DNA from: an uncultured Chloroflexia bacterium
GTDB taxonomy: Bacteria > Chloroflexota > Limnocylindria > Limnocylindrales > CSP1-4
Length of the DNA: 64,000 nt
Assembly (NCBI GenBank): GCA_963734535.1
Contig: CAVTHS010000010.1
Span: 32,001-96,000 of the forward strand
Reading direction: 5' to 3'
A program made the translations under genes and the position numbers. Position 1 is the stretch's first letter; every line of letters starts with the position of its first letter. Under the pieces are notes generated by a model, which saw nothing but the letters and a program-made list of their open reading frames with translations, had not been told where the DNA came from and did not search any database. Of this stretch, positions 21,446 through 32,600 are shown in pieces.

Positions 21446-21864
21446 TCAGCCGATGCCCCGGTGGTGGCGGATCCGCGCCGGCCCGCCCGGCCGCGCCGGT
21501 GGCTCGACCACCACGAGATCCAGGCGAATCGGGAGGTCCGGCAGGTCGATCCCGTCGCGAAGCCGGCCCGACTTCGAGGAGCCGCCCGACGCCAACCCGG
21601 AGATGAAGCAGCTTGCGCCGGTCGACCGTCTCCTCGGGCAGCCCGAAGTCACGCGAGCGACGCCAGCGCACCTCGAGCGACGACGAGGGCCCGCGGCGGG
21701 CCGGGATCGGTGGCCACGAGGTCCAGCTCCGATCGACCGGCGCGCACCCGCCGACCGAGGAGCGTCCAGCCCTGGGCCAGCAGCCGCCGGGCAACCTCGT
21801 CCTCGGCGGCGTCGCCGGCCCGCTGGGAGGGAGTGCGGGTCTCCGTCGGGACGTGCGCGGCCAT
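21446..21864 (-). pseudogene. yraN: YraN family (UPF0102) endonuclease-like protein with two apparent frameshifts (probably sequencing errors)
   Basis: GDAAEDEVARRL..GW..LGRRVR....ELDLVA / EVRWRRSRDFGLPEETVDRRK / IRLDLVVV are spread over three frames; shifts near 21677 and 21568. Confidence 0.8.
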
Positions 21865-21872
21865 GCCCCACC

Positions 21873-22625
21873 CTACCCCGCGGGCATCACCGCGGCCTTA
21901 CCAGGCCAGGGCAGCCACGGGCTCCAGGTCGGGATCGGCCGCGGGCGCGGCCTCGAACGACGGTCCTGCGTCTCGAAGCTGAGCTCCAGCTGCTCGACGC
22001 CGGCGAGCGCCTCGCGGATCGGCGCGAACGAGCGCCGGTGGAACGGGGTCACGCCGAGTGCACGGAGGGCGGCCCGATGCTCCGCGGTCGCGTAGCCCGC
22101 GTTGTGCTCCCAGCCATAGCCGGGGTAGCGCACCGAGAGCCGCGTCATGAGCCGGTCACGCACGACCTTCGCCACGACCGAGGCGCAGGCGATCGAGTAG
22201 ACGAATGCGTCGCCGTCGACGATCGCGTCGTACGGGCCGACGTCGGCCTCGAAGCCCGCGATCGGGAGCCCGTCGACGAGGACGTGGTCGTGTCCGCCGA
22301 GCCGGGCGATCGCGCGCCGCATGGCGAGATGGGTGGCGTGGTAGATGTTGAGCCGATCGATCTCCGCCACGGATGCGGCCCCGACGCCGATCGCCACCGC
22401 CCGCCGCCGGATCTCCGGGGCGAGAGCCTCGCGCTGCGACGCCGAGAGCGTCTTCGAGTCCCGCACGCCGCGGACCTGCCGGCAGTTCGGGCGGACGATC
22501 ACGGCCGCGGCAACGACCGGTCCGCACGTCGGTGCGACCCCCACCTCGTCGACCCCGGCGACACGGCTGACGCCGGCCCTCCAGAGCAGGCGCTCGCGGC
22601 GCAGGGTGGGCACGGGTGGGGCCAT
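21873..22625 (-). CDS. rnhB: Ribonuclease HII
   Basis: AGVDEVG, VRDSKTL, EIDRLNI, LVDG, DGDA..YSIACASVVAKVVRD, HRRSF; usual rplS-rnhB-yraN order. Confidence 0.93.
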   Translation of the reverse strand: MAPPVPTLRRERLLWRAGVSRVAGVDEVGVAPTCGPVVAAAVIVRPNCRQVRGVRDSKTLSASQREALAPEIRRRAVAIGVGAASVAEIDRLNIYHATHLAMRRAIARLGGHDHVLVDGLPIAGFEADVGPYDAIVDGDAFVYSIACASVVAKVVRDRLMTRLSVRYPGYGWEHNAGYATAEHRAALRALGVTPFHRRSFAPIREALAGVEQLELSFETQDRRSRPRPRPIPTWSPWLPWPGKAAVMPAG

Positions 22626-22728
22626 CGCGGGACAGCGTAGGCCATTCACACGCCCGCCGCCGGAATCGATACGGCCCCGCCGGGGCGGGGCCGCGTGCGA
22701 CTGGAGGGCGCCGATCCGGCGCCGCGGC

Positions 22729-23076
22729 TCAGTTCGAGCGCCGCTCGCGAAGGGTGGCCGCCTTGCCGACCCGACGGCGCAGGAAGTAGAGCTTGGCGCG
22801 GCGCGCGACGCCGTGCCGGACGACCTCGATCTTCTCGATCCGCGGGCTGTTCACCTTGAAGGTCCGCTCGACGCCGACGCCGGAAGCGATCCGCCGAACG
22901 GTGAGCGATCGCGTGATCCCGCCGCCGGTCAGGCGGAGGATGGTGCCTTCGAAGACCTGGACCCGCTCCCGGTTTCCCTCGACGACCTTGGCGCTGACCT
23001 TGACGGTGTCGCCGGGCGCGAGGGTCGGGATGTCGGTTCGAATCTGGTCCTTGACGATCTCGTCGAGTACGTTCAC
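22729..23076 (-). CDS. rplS: 50S ribosomal protein L19
   Basis: [39 protein letters not shown]. Confidence 0.97.
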   Translation of the reverse strand: MNVLDEIVKDQIRTDIPTLAPGDTVKVSAKVVEGNRERVQVFEGTILRLTGGGITRSLTVRRIASGVGVERTFKVNSPRIEKIEVVRHGVARRAKLYFLRRRVGKAATLRERRSN

Positions 23077-23180
23077 CGGGTCGACCCCTGCTGCACTGGG
23101 CGGCCGGGATGGTCCCGCGAGCCGCGATTCTGGGCACGATGGATCGGTCGCGGGAGGGCGACCGACGGCGGAGTATAGCA
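23077..23180 (-). promoter_or_regulatory. rplS promoter (TGcTATACT) and hairpin-containing leader
   Basis: Extended -10 at 23172-23180; hairpin TCGGTCGC-CCTCCC-GCGACCGA in the leader. Confidence 0.55.
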
Positions 23181-23194
23181 CGCGACGACCGCGC

Positions 23195-23980
23195 TCACGG
23201 GTGCGTGGCCTGGTCCCGCGGGGGGCCGCCGATCGCCTCGTGCACCGCCTCGGCAGCGCGCTCCTCGATCACCTCGTCGAGCAGGCGCGCCTCCTCCGGG
23301 CTGTGCGGCCGTCCCTCGAGGAGGTCCGGCCGACGTTCGAGGGTCCGCCGGAGCGACTCGCGCAGTCGCCAGCGGCGGACGGCGCCGTGATCGCCCGAGG
23401 TCAGGATCTCCGGGACGCCGGTCCCCTCGAAGACCGCCGGGCGCGTGTACTGGGGGTACTCCAGGAGCCCGCTCGTGAACAACTCGTCGATGAGCGAGCC
23501 CGGCTCGATGGCGCCGGGGAGCAGGCGCAGGATCGCGTCGCACACGACCAGCGCCGGCAGCTCGCCGCCGGTCAGCACGAAGTCGCCGATCGAGAGCTCC
23601 AGGTCCACCATCCCGCGGATCCGCTCGTCGACACCCTCGTAGCGCGGGCACACGAGGACGAGGTGCGGTCGTGCGGCCAGGTCCTCGGCGCGTCGCTGGC
23701 GGAATGGCTCGCCGGCGGCATCGAACAGGATGACCGTGCTGTCCGGGCGCCGAAGCGCGGCCAGCGCCGCGGCCACGGGCTCCGGCCGGAGCACCATCCC
23801 GGCCCCGCCGCCGTACGGGGCATCGTCGACGCTCCGGTGGCGGCCCAGGCCCCACTCCCGCAGGTCGTGGACCCGGACCGTGGCGAGGCCCTCGTCCTGG
23901 ATGCGCGCGGGGATGCTCGCGGCGAGCGGCCCGGCGAGCATCTCCGGGAAGAGGGTCAGGATCTCGATCTCGAGCGGCAC
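23195..23980 (-). CDS. trmD: tRNA (guanine37-N1)-methyltransferase (in frame with upstream rimM as sequenced)
   Basis: [51 protein letters not shown]. Confidence 0.95.
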   Translation of the reverse strand: MPLEIEILTLFPEMLAGPLAASIPARIQDEGLATVRVHDLREWGLGRHRSVDDAPYGGGAGMVLRPEPVAAALAALRRPDSTVILFDAAGEPFRQRRAEDLAARPHLVLVCPRYEGVDERIRGMVDLELSIGDFVLTGGELPALVVCDAILRLLPGAIEPGSLIDELFTSGLLEYPQYTRPAVFEGTGVPEILTSGDHGAVRRWRLRESLRRTLERRPDLLEGRPHSPEEARLLDEVIEERAAEAVHEAIGGPPRDQATHP

Positions 23981-23991
23981 CCGACCGGCGC

Positions 23992-24682
23992 TCAGCCCGG
24001 GGCGATCCCGGAGTCGGACTCCGGCGCAGGTTGCGACATTCGCGTCCACGACGGGAGCGAGATCCGGGTCGGCGGCCACGGCGCGCGGCTGGCTCACCTC
24101 GCCCTTGCGGGGTCGGGGTGCGCGGGGCGGCCGGGGCGGCCGGATCTGGTCCGGGCGGGGGAGGTCCAGGGCCTCCGGGTCCGCCACGATCTCGCCCCGC
24201 CGGGGCGCGAGGATCCGGACGAACGGGCGCGCCACCGGCAGGTCGAAGGGACCCCGCGGGCCGCCCTCGACCACCAGCATCTCCGCGCCGCCCGAGCGGT
24301 AGACGTCGCGCACCGTGCCGAGCGCCTCGCCATCGGGATCGACGACGGGACAGCCCATCAGCTCGTGCCAGTAGTAGCTGCCACGTGGCAGCACCGGGAC
24401 GAGGCCGGCGTCCGCCTCGAGGTACACCGACAGGTAGGCGGCGGCCGCGTTCCGGGTCGGGATCTCGTGGAACCGGATGATCCATCCCGGCGCCGCGGCC
24501 CAGGCCTCGGCGACCGTCAGTGGCTCGGCGGCGCCCTCGGGGTAGAGGCGGGCACCCGGGGCAAACCGGGCGCCCGGGTCGTCGGTCAGCACCTCGACCC
24601 GGAGCCCGCCGTTGACGCCGTGAAAGCCGCGGACGAGCGCGACCACCAGTCGCTCCGCGCCCGCGCCCGGCTGGCTGGAGAT
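23992..24682 (-). CDS. rimM: Ribosome maturation factor RimM
   Basis: [31 protein letters not shown] barrel; start uncertain (ATC 24682 or GTG 24646); 3' end uncertain (read-through into trmD, or stop at 23992 after an indel). Confidence 0.85.
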
Positions 24683-24915
24683 CAGACGATCTCCAGCTGG
24701 AACTGCTCGCCGTCGCGGGCCCCGACGACCTTGAGGAGCGTGCGGAGCGCCTTGGCGACGCTCCCGTTCCTGCCGATCACCTTGCCCATGTCGTCCTCGG
24801 CGACGCGGAGCTCGATGACGGTCGCGCCCGCCTCCTGGGTGACCACGACCTGGACCTGGTCCGGATGATCGACGAGCGCCTTCGCGACGAACTCGACGAG
24901 CTGGGGAGCGGCCAT
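24682..24915 (-). CDS. khpA: KH-domain RNA-binding protein KhpA (YlqC)
   Basis: [26 protein letters not shown]; order rpsP-khpA-rimM. Confidence 0.93.
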   Translation of the reverse strand: MAAPQLVEFVAKALVDHPDQVQVVVTQEAGATVIELRVAEDDMGKVIGRNGSVAKALRTLLKVVGARDGEQFQLEIV

Positions 24916-24928
24916 CGCGGACCCTCCC

Positions 24929-25183
24929 CTACTTCGCGGCCGGCAGGACGCCGGCGTTGCGGAGGAGGCGCTGGACCGTCTCGGTCGGGAGGGCGCCCTT
25001 GGCGATCCACGCCTTCGTCTTCTCGACGTCGACGGCGAAGTCGACCGGCTCGGTCCGAGGGTTGTAGTGACCGAGGATCTCGATGGTGCGGCCGTCGCGC
25101 GGGCTGCGGCTGTCGGCCACGACGACGCGGTAGGCGGGCTGTTTCGTCGCGCCGACGCGCGTGAGGCGAATGCGAGCTGCCAT
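24929..25183 (-). CDS. rpsP: 30S ribosomal protein S16
   Basis: [35 protein letters not shown]. Confidence 0.98.
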   Translation of the reverse strand: MAARIRLTRVGATKQPAYRVVVADSRSPRDGRTIEILGHYNPRTEPVDFAVDVEKTKAWIAKGALPTETVQRLLRNAGVLPAAK

Positions 25184-25251
25184 GTCCTGGTTCTTCTCCT
25201 CCTGCTTGGTCGTGGGGTGGCCCGACCGGACCGTGACCCCGCCCTTGGCTG

Positions 25252-26997
25252 CTACTTGAACACGAGCACCTGGCGAATGGTGCGCGTGGCGCCCGGCGCC
25301 TTCGTGACGGACGCGAACGCGTCGAACGGCTCGAGGAACGGCTTCACGTCGGTCTCGTACCGGGTCTTCTGGGCTGCCGGCAACATGGCCTCGACCGCGC
25401 CGCGCATCCCGGAGATGTCGACGAAGACATCGCTCACGCCGTCGCCGCCGGCCGCCGAGATCGCGGTCGTGTACGCATGCGACGTCGAGAGCGACGATCC
25501 TGCCGACGTGTCGACGACGTGCTTGACGAAGTCGAGCGTCCCGAGGGCGAAGACGCCCTTCTGGACCGTTGCGGCGATCTCGGGGACCGCCATCCCGGAC
25601 GCCTGCCCGGAGATCGTGAGGACGAGCAGGCTGCCGCCGCCATAGGCTTCGGTGCGGGTCGTGATCCCCGTGCCCGCCCCGCCCAGGGCCAGGGCCGCCT
25701 GGACCTGCGTGAGCGTCCGGGTCGCGGCCGCCTCGTCAGTGGCGATGGCCGCCACGCCCCCGCCGAACGTGCCGCCGTTGTACTCCACGGCGATCGCCGA
25801 GTCGCCCGCCCATCCGAAGAGCGACTCGAGCCCGCCGATCGCGGCGAGCGCCGTGTCGACCTGGTCCAGCGTGCCCTTGATGGATGGATCGCAGGCGATC
25901 CCCGCCTTGACGCCGGACCAGAGCGCGACGAGCGCGGGGCCGGCCCCGCGGCCTTCGAAGGCCACCAGCGTTGTCGCCGGAAGGTGCGCCGCGATCGCGC
26001 TTGGCGTGTCCTTCTGGGTCGCGCCAGGGGCGGCAGCGGCGGATGCCGCCGGGGCGACCAGGTCCATCACCAGGGCAGCGTCGGCCGCGTGGGCGAACCC
26101 GGCCGCCCAGTCCGGGACGGCCGAGGTCGCGCTGTCCATGCACGCCTGCGGGATGCTCGCGCTCGCGCCGCCCATCGCGACGACGGCATCGACGAGCGAT
26201 CGCGTGTCGAGGTAGCCGAAGCCGAGGTAGGCGTTCGGAGCGGCCTTCCGGGCAGCCACGAACGCGCTGGATGCCGCCACGGGGCTGGCGCCCTTCGTGT
26301 CGAGCGCGGCCTTGACGGACGCCTCGGGGCCGAGGAGGAGGACCGTTCCGCGGGTCGCCCACGCGAGGCTGGCGCCGCCCTTGTCGACGGTCGTGATCTG
26401 CCCGTCGCCGTACGGCGTCGTCGTCGGCGTCCCGCCCGCCTGCTTCGCGACCCAGGCCGTGGCCGCGGCCGCGTCCTTGACGCTCGCGAGCACGACCGCT
26501 CCGCGATCGGGCGTCTTCACCGCTGACGGATCCTTCTGGGCCGACGCGGCGAGGTCCAGCAGGTCGCGCGTCACGGCGACGCCGACCTCGCCGGCGACCC
26601 ACGGCTTGAGGTCGGTGGTCCAGCTGATGCCCGACTTCTGGAGGACCTGGTCGAGCGCCTGGTCGATCTTGGTGTCGAGCGAGGCCTGGTCCTTGAAGCC
26701 GGGGAACCTGGCGACGATGTTCCCCACGTTCTGGCGCTGGTCGCCCGGGAGGTCGGCGCGCCCCTCCAGGTAGATCACCGTGCCGGCCGGGATCCAGCCC
26801 TCGACCGTGGATGTCGCGCTGCCCGACGTGAGCATGATCGTGCCGACCGACACGGCCCCCACGACCAGCGCGACCACGACGAGCGCGACGCCCCAGCGGA
26901 GGAGCCCGGCCGGGCGCGCTGGTCGGGTCGGACCCGTCGGGGAACCGTCCTGTTGGGGCATCCCGGTCTCGACCGGGGCGGGCGTGAACTCGGCCAT
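25252..26997 (-). CDS. Membrane-anchored extracytoplasmic protein, probably DUF3352 family
   Basis: ATG after AGGGAG; N-terminal TM helix ([15 protein letters not shown]); '[17 protein letters not shown]' resembles DUF3352; two-repeat-like architecture. Confidence 0.65.
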   Translation of the reverse strand: MAEFTPAPVETGMPQQDGSPTGPTRPARPAGLLRWGVALVVVALVVGAVSVGTIMLTSGSATSTVEGWIPAGTVIYLEGRADLPGDQRQNVGNIVARFPGFKDQASLDTKIDQALDQVLQKSGISWTTDLKPWVAGEVGVAVTRDLLDLAASAQKDPSAVKTPDRGAVVLASVKDAAAATAWVAKQAGGTPTTTPYGDGQITTVDKGGASLAWATRGTVLLLGPEASVKAALDTKGASPVAASSAFVAARKAAPNAYLGFGYLDTRSLVDAVVAMGGASASIPQACMDSATSAVPDWAAGFAHAADAALVMDLVAPAASAAAAPGATQKDTPSAIAAHLPATTLVAFEGRGAGPALVALWSGVKAGIACDPSIKGTLDQVDTALAAIGGLESLFGWAGDSAIAVEYNGGTFGGGVAAIATDEAAATRTLTQVQAALALGGAGTGITTRTEAYGGGSLLVLTISGQASGMAVPEIAATVQKGVFALGTLDFVKHVVDTSAGSSLSTSHAYTTAISAAGGDGVSDVFVDISGMRGAVEAMLPAAQKTRYETDVKPFLEPFDAFASVTKAPGATRTIRQVLVFK

Positions 26998-27014
26998 TGC
27001 TGTCTCCCTTGGCC

Positions 27015-28334
27015 TCAGCGGCCGAACAACCCGGGGAGCCGACGGCCCCCGCGGAGCTGCTTCATGAGCTTCTGCATCTCGCCGAACTGCTTGACGAGCC
27101 GATTGACCTCGACGATCGAGGTGCCGGAGCCGGTCGCAATTCTGCGCCGCCGGCTCCCGTTGAGAACGGTCGGATCGCGTCGCTCGACCGGAGTCATGGA
27201 GCGGATGATCGCCTCGGTCCGCCGGAGGTCGCCCCGGTCCACCGAATCCTGCGCCTCGCGCGCCATGCCCCCGAGTCCCGGGATCATCTCCATCACCTGG
27301 CCGAGCGGTCCCATCTTCTTGACCTGCTGGAGCTGCTCCAGCATATCCTCGAGCGTGAAGCTGCCCGACTGCATCTTTGCCGCGGCCTTCTCGGCGGTGG
27401 TGGCGTCGAACGCGTCCTGCGCCCGCTCGATGAGGGTCAGGACGTCGCCCATCCCGAGGATCCGGCCGGCGAGGCGGTCCGGGTGGAACGGCTCCAGGGC
27501 GTCGGTCTTCTCGCCGGTGCCGAGGAACTTCACGGGCAGCCCGGTGACCGCGCTGATGGACAGGGCGGCACCGCCGCGCGCGTCGCCGTCGATCTTCGTC
27601 AGGACGAGGCCCGTGAGCGGGACGGCCGCGGCGAAGGCCTGCGCAACGGCGACGGCCTCCTGGCCGACCATCGCGTCGATCACCAGGAGCGTCTCGACGG
27701 GACGGACCGTCCGCATCAGGTCCGTCACCTCGGCCATCAGGACCTCGTCCACGGTCAGCCGCCCTGCGGTGTCGAGGATCAGCGTGTCGCGGACCTCGTG
27801 GCGGGCATGCTCGATCCCGAGCCGGCCGATCTCCGGCACCGGCGTCCCGGCGGGCGCCGAGAAGACCGGCAGGTCCAGGCTCGCGCCGAGCGTCATCAGC
27901 TGCTCGATCGCGGCCGGGCGGTACGGGTCCGCCGCGACGAGCAGGGGCCGCCGGCCCATCTTCACGATGTGGCGAGCGAGCTTCGCGGCGGTCGTCGTCT
28001 TGCCGGATCCCTGGAGCCCGACGAGGGCGATGACGGCCGGGTTGCCGGACAGGTGGAGCGCCCGGTCGCCGGCCGAGAGGAGCGCGGTCAGCTCCTCGTT
28101 GACGATCTTGACGACCTGCTGGCCGGCGTTGAGGGATGCCAGGACGTCCGCGCCGATCGCGCGCTCGCGGACCCGGGCCGTGAAGTCCTTGACGACCTTG
28201 AAGTTGACGTCGGCCTCGAGGAGCGCGAGCCGCACCTCGCGCATCGCCGTCTCGACGTCGGCCTCGCTGACCCGGCCCCGGCCGGTGAGCGAGCCGAGCG
28301 TCCGACGGAGGCGCTCGGAGAGGGCGTCGAACAT
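27015..28334 (-). CDS. ffh: Signal recognition particle protein Ffh
   Basis: [57 protein letters not shown]. Confidence 0.98.
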   Translation of the reverse strand: MFDALSERLRRTLGSLTGRGRVSEADVETAMREVRLALLEADVNFKVVKDFTARVRERAIGADVLASLNAGQQVVKIVNEELTALLSAGDRALHLSGNPAVIALVGLQGSGKTTTAAKLARHIVKMGRRPLLVAADPYRPAAIEQLMTLGASLDLPVFSAPAGTPVPEIGRLGIEHARHEVRDTLILDTAGRLTVDEVLMAEVTDLMRTVRPVETLLVIDAMVGQEAVAVAQAFAAAVPLTGLVLTKIDGDARGGAALSISAVTGLPVKFLGTGEKTDALEPFHPDRLAGRILGMGDVLTLIERAQDAFDATTAEKAAAKMQSGSFTLEDMLEQLQQVKKMGPLGQVMEMIPGLGGMAREAQDSVDRGDLRRTEAIIRSMTPVERRDPTVLNGSRRRRIATGSGTSIVEVNRLVKQFGEMQKLMKQLRGGRRLPGLFGR

Positions 28335-28491
28335 GGCCGGATGGAGCTCCTGTGGACCGGGGCGGTGACGGCGCGAGGCTGCGACGTCGCGTGGTGCGCG
28401 GGTTCTGGCGACACCGAGGCAAGCGGGAGTGTACCCCACGGGTGGCCGGGACCTCCCGTCCCGCGACGGGAGCAGGGAGGCGGGACGCCCG

Positions 28492-29654
28492 TCAGCCGAA
28501 GAGCGCGCCCACGAACGCCGCCGGATCGAAGGGCAGCAGGTCCGAGACCTGCTCCCCCACCCCGACGAAGCGGACCGGGACGCCGAGCGCCTGCTCGATC
28601 GCGAAGACGATCCCGCCCTTGGCCGTCGAGTCGAGCTTGGTCAGGATGATCCCCGTCAGGCCGGTCGATTCGTGAAACGCCTTCGCCTGGGCGAGGCCGT
28701 TCTGGCCGGTCGTCGCGTCCAGCACGAAGAGGACCTCCGGGACCGCGCCCGGAAGCCGGCGATCGATCACGCGACGCATCTTGGCCAGCTCGTCCATCAG
28801 GTTCGACTTGGTGTGGAGGCGGCCCGCCGTGTCGGCGATCAGCACGTCGACGTGCCGTGCCACGGCTGCGTCCACCGCGTCGTAGACGACCGCCGAGGGA
28901 TCGGCGCCCGGCGCATGGGCCACGACCGCCGCGCCCGCGCGATCTCCCCAGGCCCGGAGCTGCTCGATCGCGGCGGCCCGGAACGTGTCGCCGGCGGCCA
29001 GCAGGACCGACTGGCCCTCCGCCCGGTAGCGGAAGGCCAGCTTTCCGATCGTCGTGGTCTTGCCGGTGCCGTTGACGCCGACGACGAGGATGATCGCCGG
29101 TGAGTCCGGTCCCGCGCGGTGGGGCACCCAGCCGGTCTCGCGCTCGACCAGCAGGGCGCCGAGCTCGGACCGGACGGCGGCGACGGGCCCGCCGCCTTCC
29201 CGTCGCCGGCGAGCTCGATCCACCACCTCGAGCGCCAGTGCCGCGCCGACGTCGCCCGCGATCAGGGTCTCCTCGACCTCCTCCCACGTCGCGGCGTCGG
29301 GGTCGCCCCGGCCGAGGATCCCCTTGAGGCGCGCCATGAAGCCGCCCCGGCTGCGCTCGACGCCGGCCACAAGCGGGGCATCCGGGAGCCCAGGCGGGCT
29401 CGGGAAGACAGGGGGCTCGCCCGCCCGGGCCTCGGCGTCCGCGGCGACCTGGGCGCTGCTCGCTGGTGGCTCCATGCGGGCGCCCCCGGGCTCGGTGGGG
29501 CCGCCCCGGGCTCGGTGGGTGCGACTTCGGCCGTCGGCTCCGCGGCATCCGGCTCGGCGAGCTCGGCCTCGAGCTGCGCCTCGATCTCGGCGTCCGTGAT
29601 CGGGCCGTCGTCCATGGGCAGGTCCGGCTGGGTGGGTCGCCTCCGCCAGAACAT
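28492..29654 (-). CDS. ftsY: SRP receptor FtsY (acidic N-terminal region separated by an apparent 1-nt frameshift near 29498)
   Basis: [39 protein letters not shown]; N-terminus MFWRRR lies in another frame. Confidence 0.93.
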
Positions 29655-29669
29655 CGGTCGCCTCGCTTG

Positions 29670-32600
29670 TCAGCCGGCCGGCGCGGCGTCCGCGGCGGCG
29701 CGCTCGCGCCGCGTGCCGGCGCGCGCGACGCGGTCCGCGATCGCCGTCGCCTCGTCGAGCCGGAGGCTGATCACCCGGCTCACCGCGTCGTCGCCGACCG
29801 TGACCCCGAAGAGGGCGTCCGCGGCCTCGATCGTCCCGCGATTGTGCGTGATCACCACGAACTGCGTGGAGGCGGCGAGACCGCGGAGCGCGTCCACGAA
29901 CCGGCCGACGTTCGCCTCGTCGAGCGCGGCATCCACCTCGTCCAGGACGCAGAACGGGACCGGCCGCACCTCGAGCATGGCGAAGAGGAGCGCGACCGCG
30001 GTCAGGGCACGCTCGCCCCCGGAGAGCATCGAGAGTGCCTGCGCCTTCTTGCCGGGCGGCCGGGCGACGATCTCCACGCCCGTCGCCGCGAGGTCGGTCG
30101 GGTCGGTCAGGCTGAGGTGGGCGAAGCCGCCCCCGAACAGCTGCTGGAAGCGCCGGTCGAACGCGGCCTCGAGGGCCAGGAAGGTGGCCCGGAACTGGGC
30201 GGAGATCAGCGTGTCGAGCTCCGCGATCAGCGCCCGGGTCCGATCGATCGCGCGGTCGAGGTCCCGGCGCTGGCCTTCCAGCTCGTCGAGACGCGCCCGG
30301 ACCGCCGCATGCTCCTCGACCGCGAACGGGTTCGCCGCGCCCATCTCGTGGAAGCGTCGCCGGAGCCCGGCGAGCCGGCCGGCCGGCGGCCCCTCGGCGA
30401 CCGGCGCGGCCGCCGCCCAGCGCTCACCCGCCCGCGCGAGCGCAGCCGCGAGCTGCGCTCCGTCGTCGTCACCAGGGTCCGGGTCCGGTCCCGGGTCCGG
30501 GCGCGCGTCCCGCGCTACCTCTGCCGGGGCGTCGCCGTCCTCGGCCAGCGCCCGCACGCCGAGATCGCCGAGGCCCGCGAGCTCGACGAGCGCCTGCTCG
30601 CGGACGGCGTCGAGGCCCAGGCGCGCCTCGAGCTCATGCACGGTCGCGGCCCGGGCGAGCTCCTCCGCGCGGCGCAGCGCGTCGCGCGCCCCGGCGACGG
30701 CCGTCTCGGCGCGCCGGAGCCGATCGCGGTCGGCGGCGTCGTCGGCAAGGCAGAGGTCGAGCGCGGCGCGGGCCGCTTCCTCGCGCGCGGACGCGGCGGC
30801 CAGGTCGACCTCGCGCGCCGCGCGGCGGGCCTCGAGCGCCTCCTCGCGGACCGCGAGCGCCGTCGCCTCTGCGTCCGCTCGCGAGATCCGCTCCTCTGCG
30901 AGCGTGGCAGCGGCATCCGCGCGCGCGCGCCGATCGTCCGCCGCGCGGCGCTCGAGCTCGCGCCTCGCGCGGTCCGCGGAGAGCCGATCGTGGCGGCCGC
31001 TGAGGTCGGCTACCCGCGCCTCCCAGGCGGCCAGCGCCCCGTCGACGTCACGAGACGGCGCCCCGGCGTCGGGGGCGTCGGCCGCGTTGGAGGCCGCGGG
31101 GCCGGCGGCCGCGGCCGCCGCGCCGGTCGTCGTGGCATCGGCGCCCGGGCCCGGCGCGTCGAGGACTGCGAGGCGCTCGGCGAGGGCCGTGCGCTCGGCG
31201 CCCAGTGCCGCAGCGCGGGATTCGTGCCAGCCCGCCTCGCGGGTCGCCTGCTCCACGTCTCGCGAGGCGCGGCGCTCGGCTTCCTCGGCCGCCCGTCGCC
31301 GCGCGGCAGCCTCGGCCTCCGCGCGTCGCGCGGCATCATGGCCGGCACGCGCCGTCGTGGCGGCTTCCTCGGCTGCCGCGAGCCGCGCGATGGTCGCGGC
31401 GCGTTCCACCTCGGCGGCCCCGACGTCGCGGCCCAGCGACTCGGCCTCGGCGCGACGCTCGAGCTGGGCGTCGGCGATCCCGAGGCCGACGGTCCCCGAG
31501 GCGGTCACGACCGCACCGGTTCGAGCCGCGACGCGCCAGCCGGCGGGAAGCGTCGAGGCGACCTCGAGGGCGTCTGTCAGGGTGGGGACCCAGGCGCATC
31601 GGGCCAGGATCCGCGAAGCGGCCCCGGCGGCGTCGACCCGCACTGCGTCGACGAGCAGGCCGCCCCCGATGCGCTCCACACCGGCGCGCACCGCGGCGAC
31701 CTCCGCGGCCGGCGGCCTCGCGGCACCGGGCCCTGCGGCGTCGCCCAGGACCACGAGGCCCCGCTCCCCGCTCAGGGCGTCGAGGCCGTCGCGTCCAACC
31801 ACGTACGATCGCGCGAGCTCGCCGAGCGCGGCGGAGACCGCCACCCGGAGTGCCGGGTCCACGTCGAGGCCGGCGGCCATCGCGCGGCCGCCCAAGCGCC
31901 GCGCGGCGCGGCCGATGCCCCTGGTCTCGTCCTCCGCCAGGGAGGCCTCGACGGCCGCGAGGCGCCCTCGGAGGGTCGCGGCGAGCGCGCCTGCGGTCGC
32001 CGAGGCATCGGCTGCCGCGAGGCGCGCCGCCTCCGCCGTTGCTGCGACGGCGCGCGCGCCGTCGCGCGCATCCGCCGCAGCGGCCTCCTCGGAACGGGCG
32101 GCCTCTGCCAGCTCCCGGAGCGATCCCGCCTCGCCGCCCAGGTTCGTGGAGCGCGCACCCGTCACCTCGGCGGCAGCGCGCTCGTCGGCCAGGCGGCGGT
32201 CGACCTCGGCCAGCCGCTGCCGCAACCCATCACGTTCGGCGGCGCGCGTGACGCGGGCCCGCTGGAGGGCCGCCGCCGCCTCCGAGCGAGCGATCGTCGC
32301 GACCCGCAGCGCCTGGGCTTCGCCGCGTGCCTCCGCGAGCGTCCGGTCCACGTCCGCCAGCTCCTCGTCGAGCGCCCGGTCCGGCTCGGGCACCGGGAGC
32401 GAGAGCTCGCGTCGGCGGGCGGCGAGCTCGGCCTCGGCGGCCGCACGCTCGGCAGCGAGCCGGTCGCGGTCGCGCGCGATCCCGGCGGCCTCTGCCGAGG
32501 CCCGGGCCGCGTCGAGCTGCAGGACGGCGAGCGACGCCCGGGCGCCCTCGTGCGACGCCCGGGCCGCCTGCTCCACCTCGGCTCGGGCGCCGAGGTCGCG

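Noticed and set aside
28335-28490. SRP RNA or another ncRNA between ftsY and ffh
   Set aside because: No SRP helix-8 signature recognised; only a TACACT -10 (28428-28433) and a GC-rich leader are visible.
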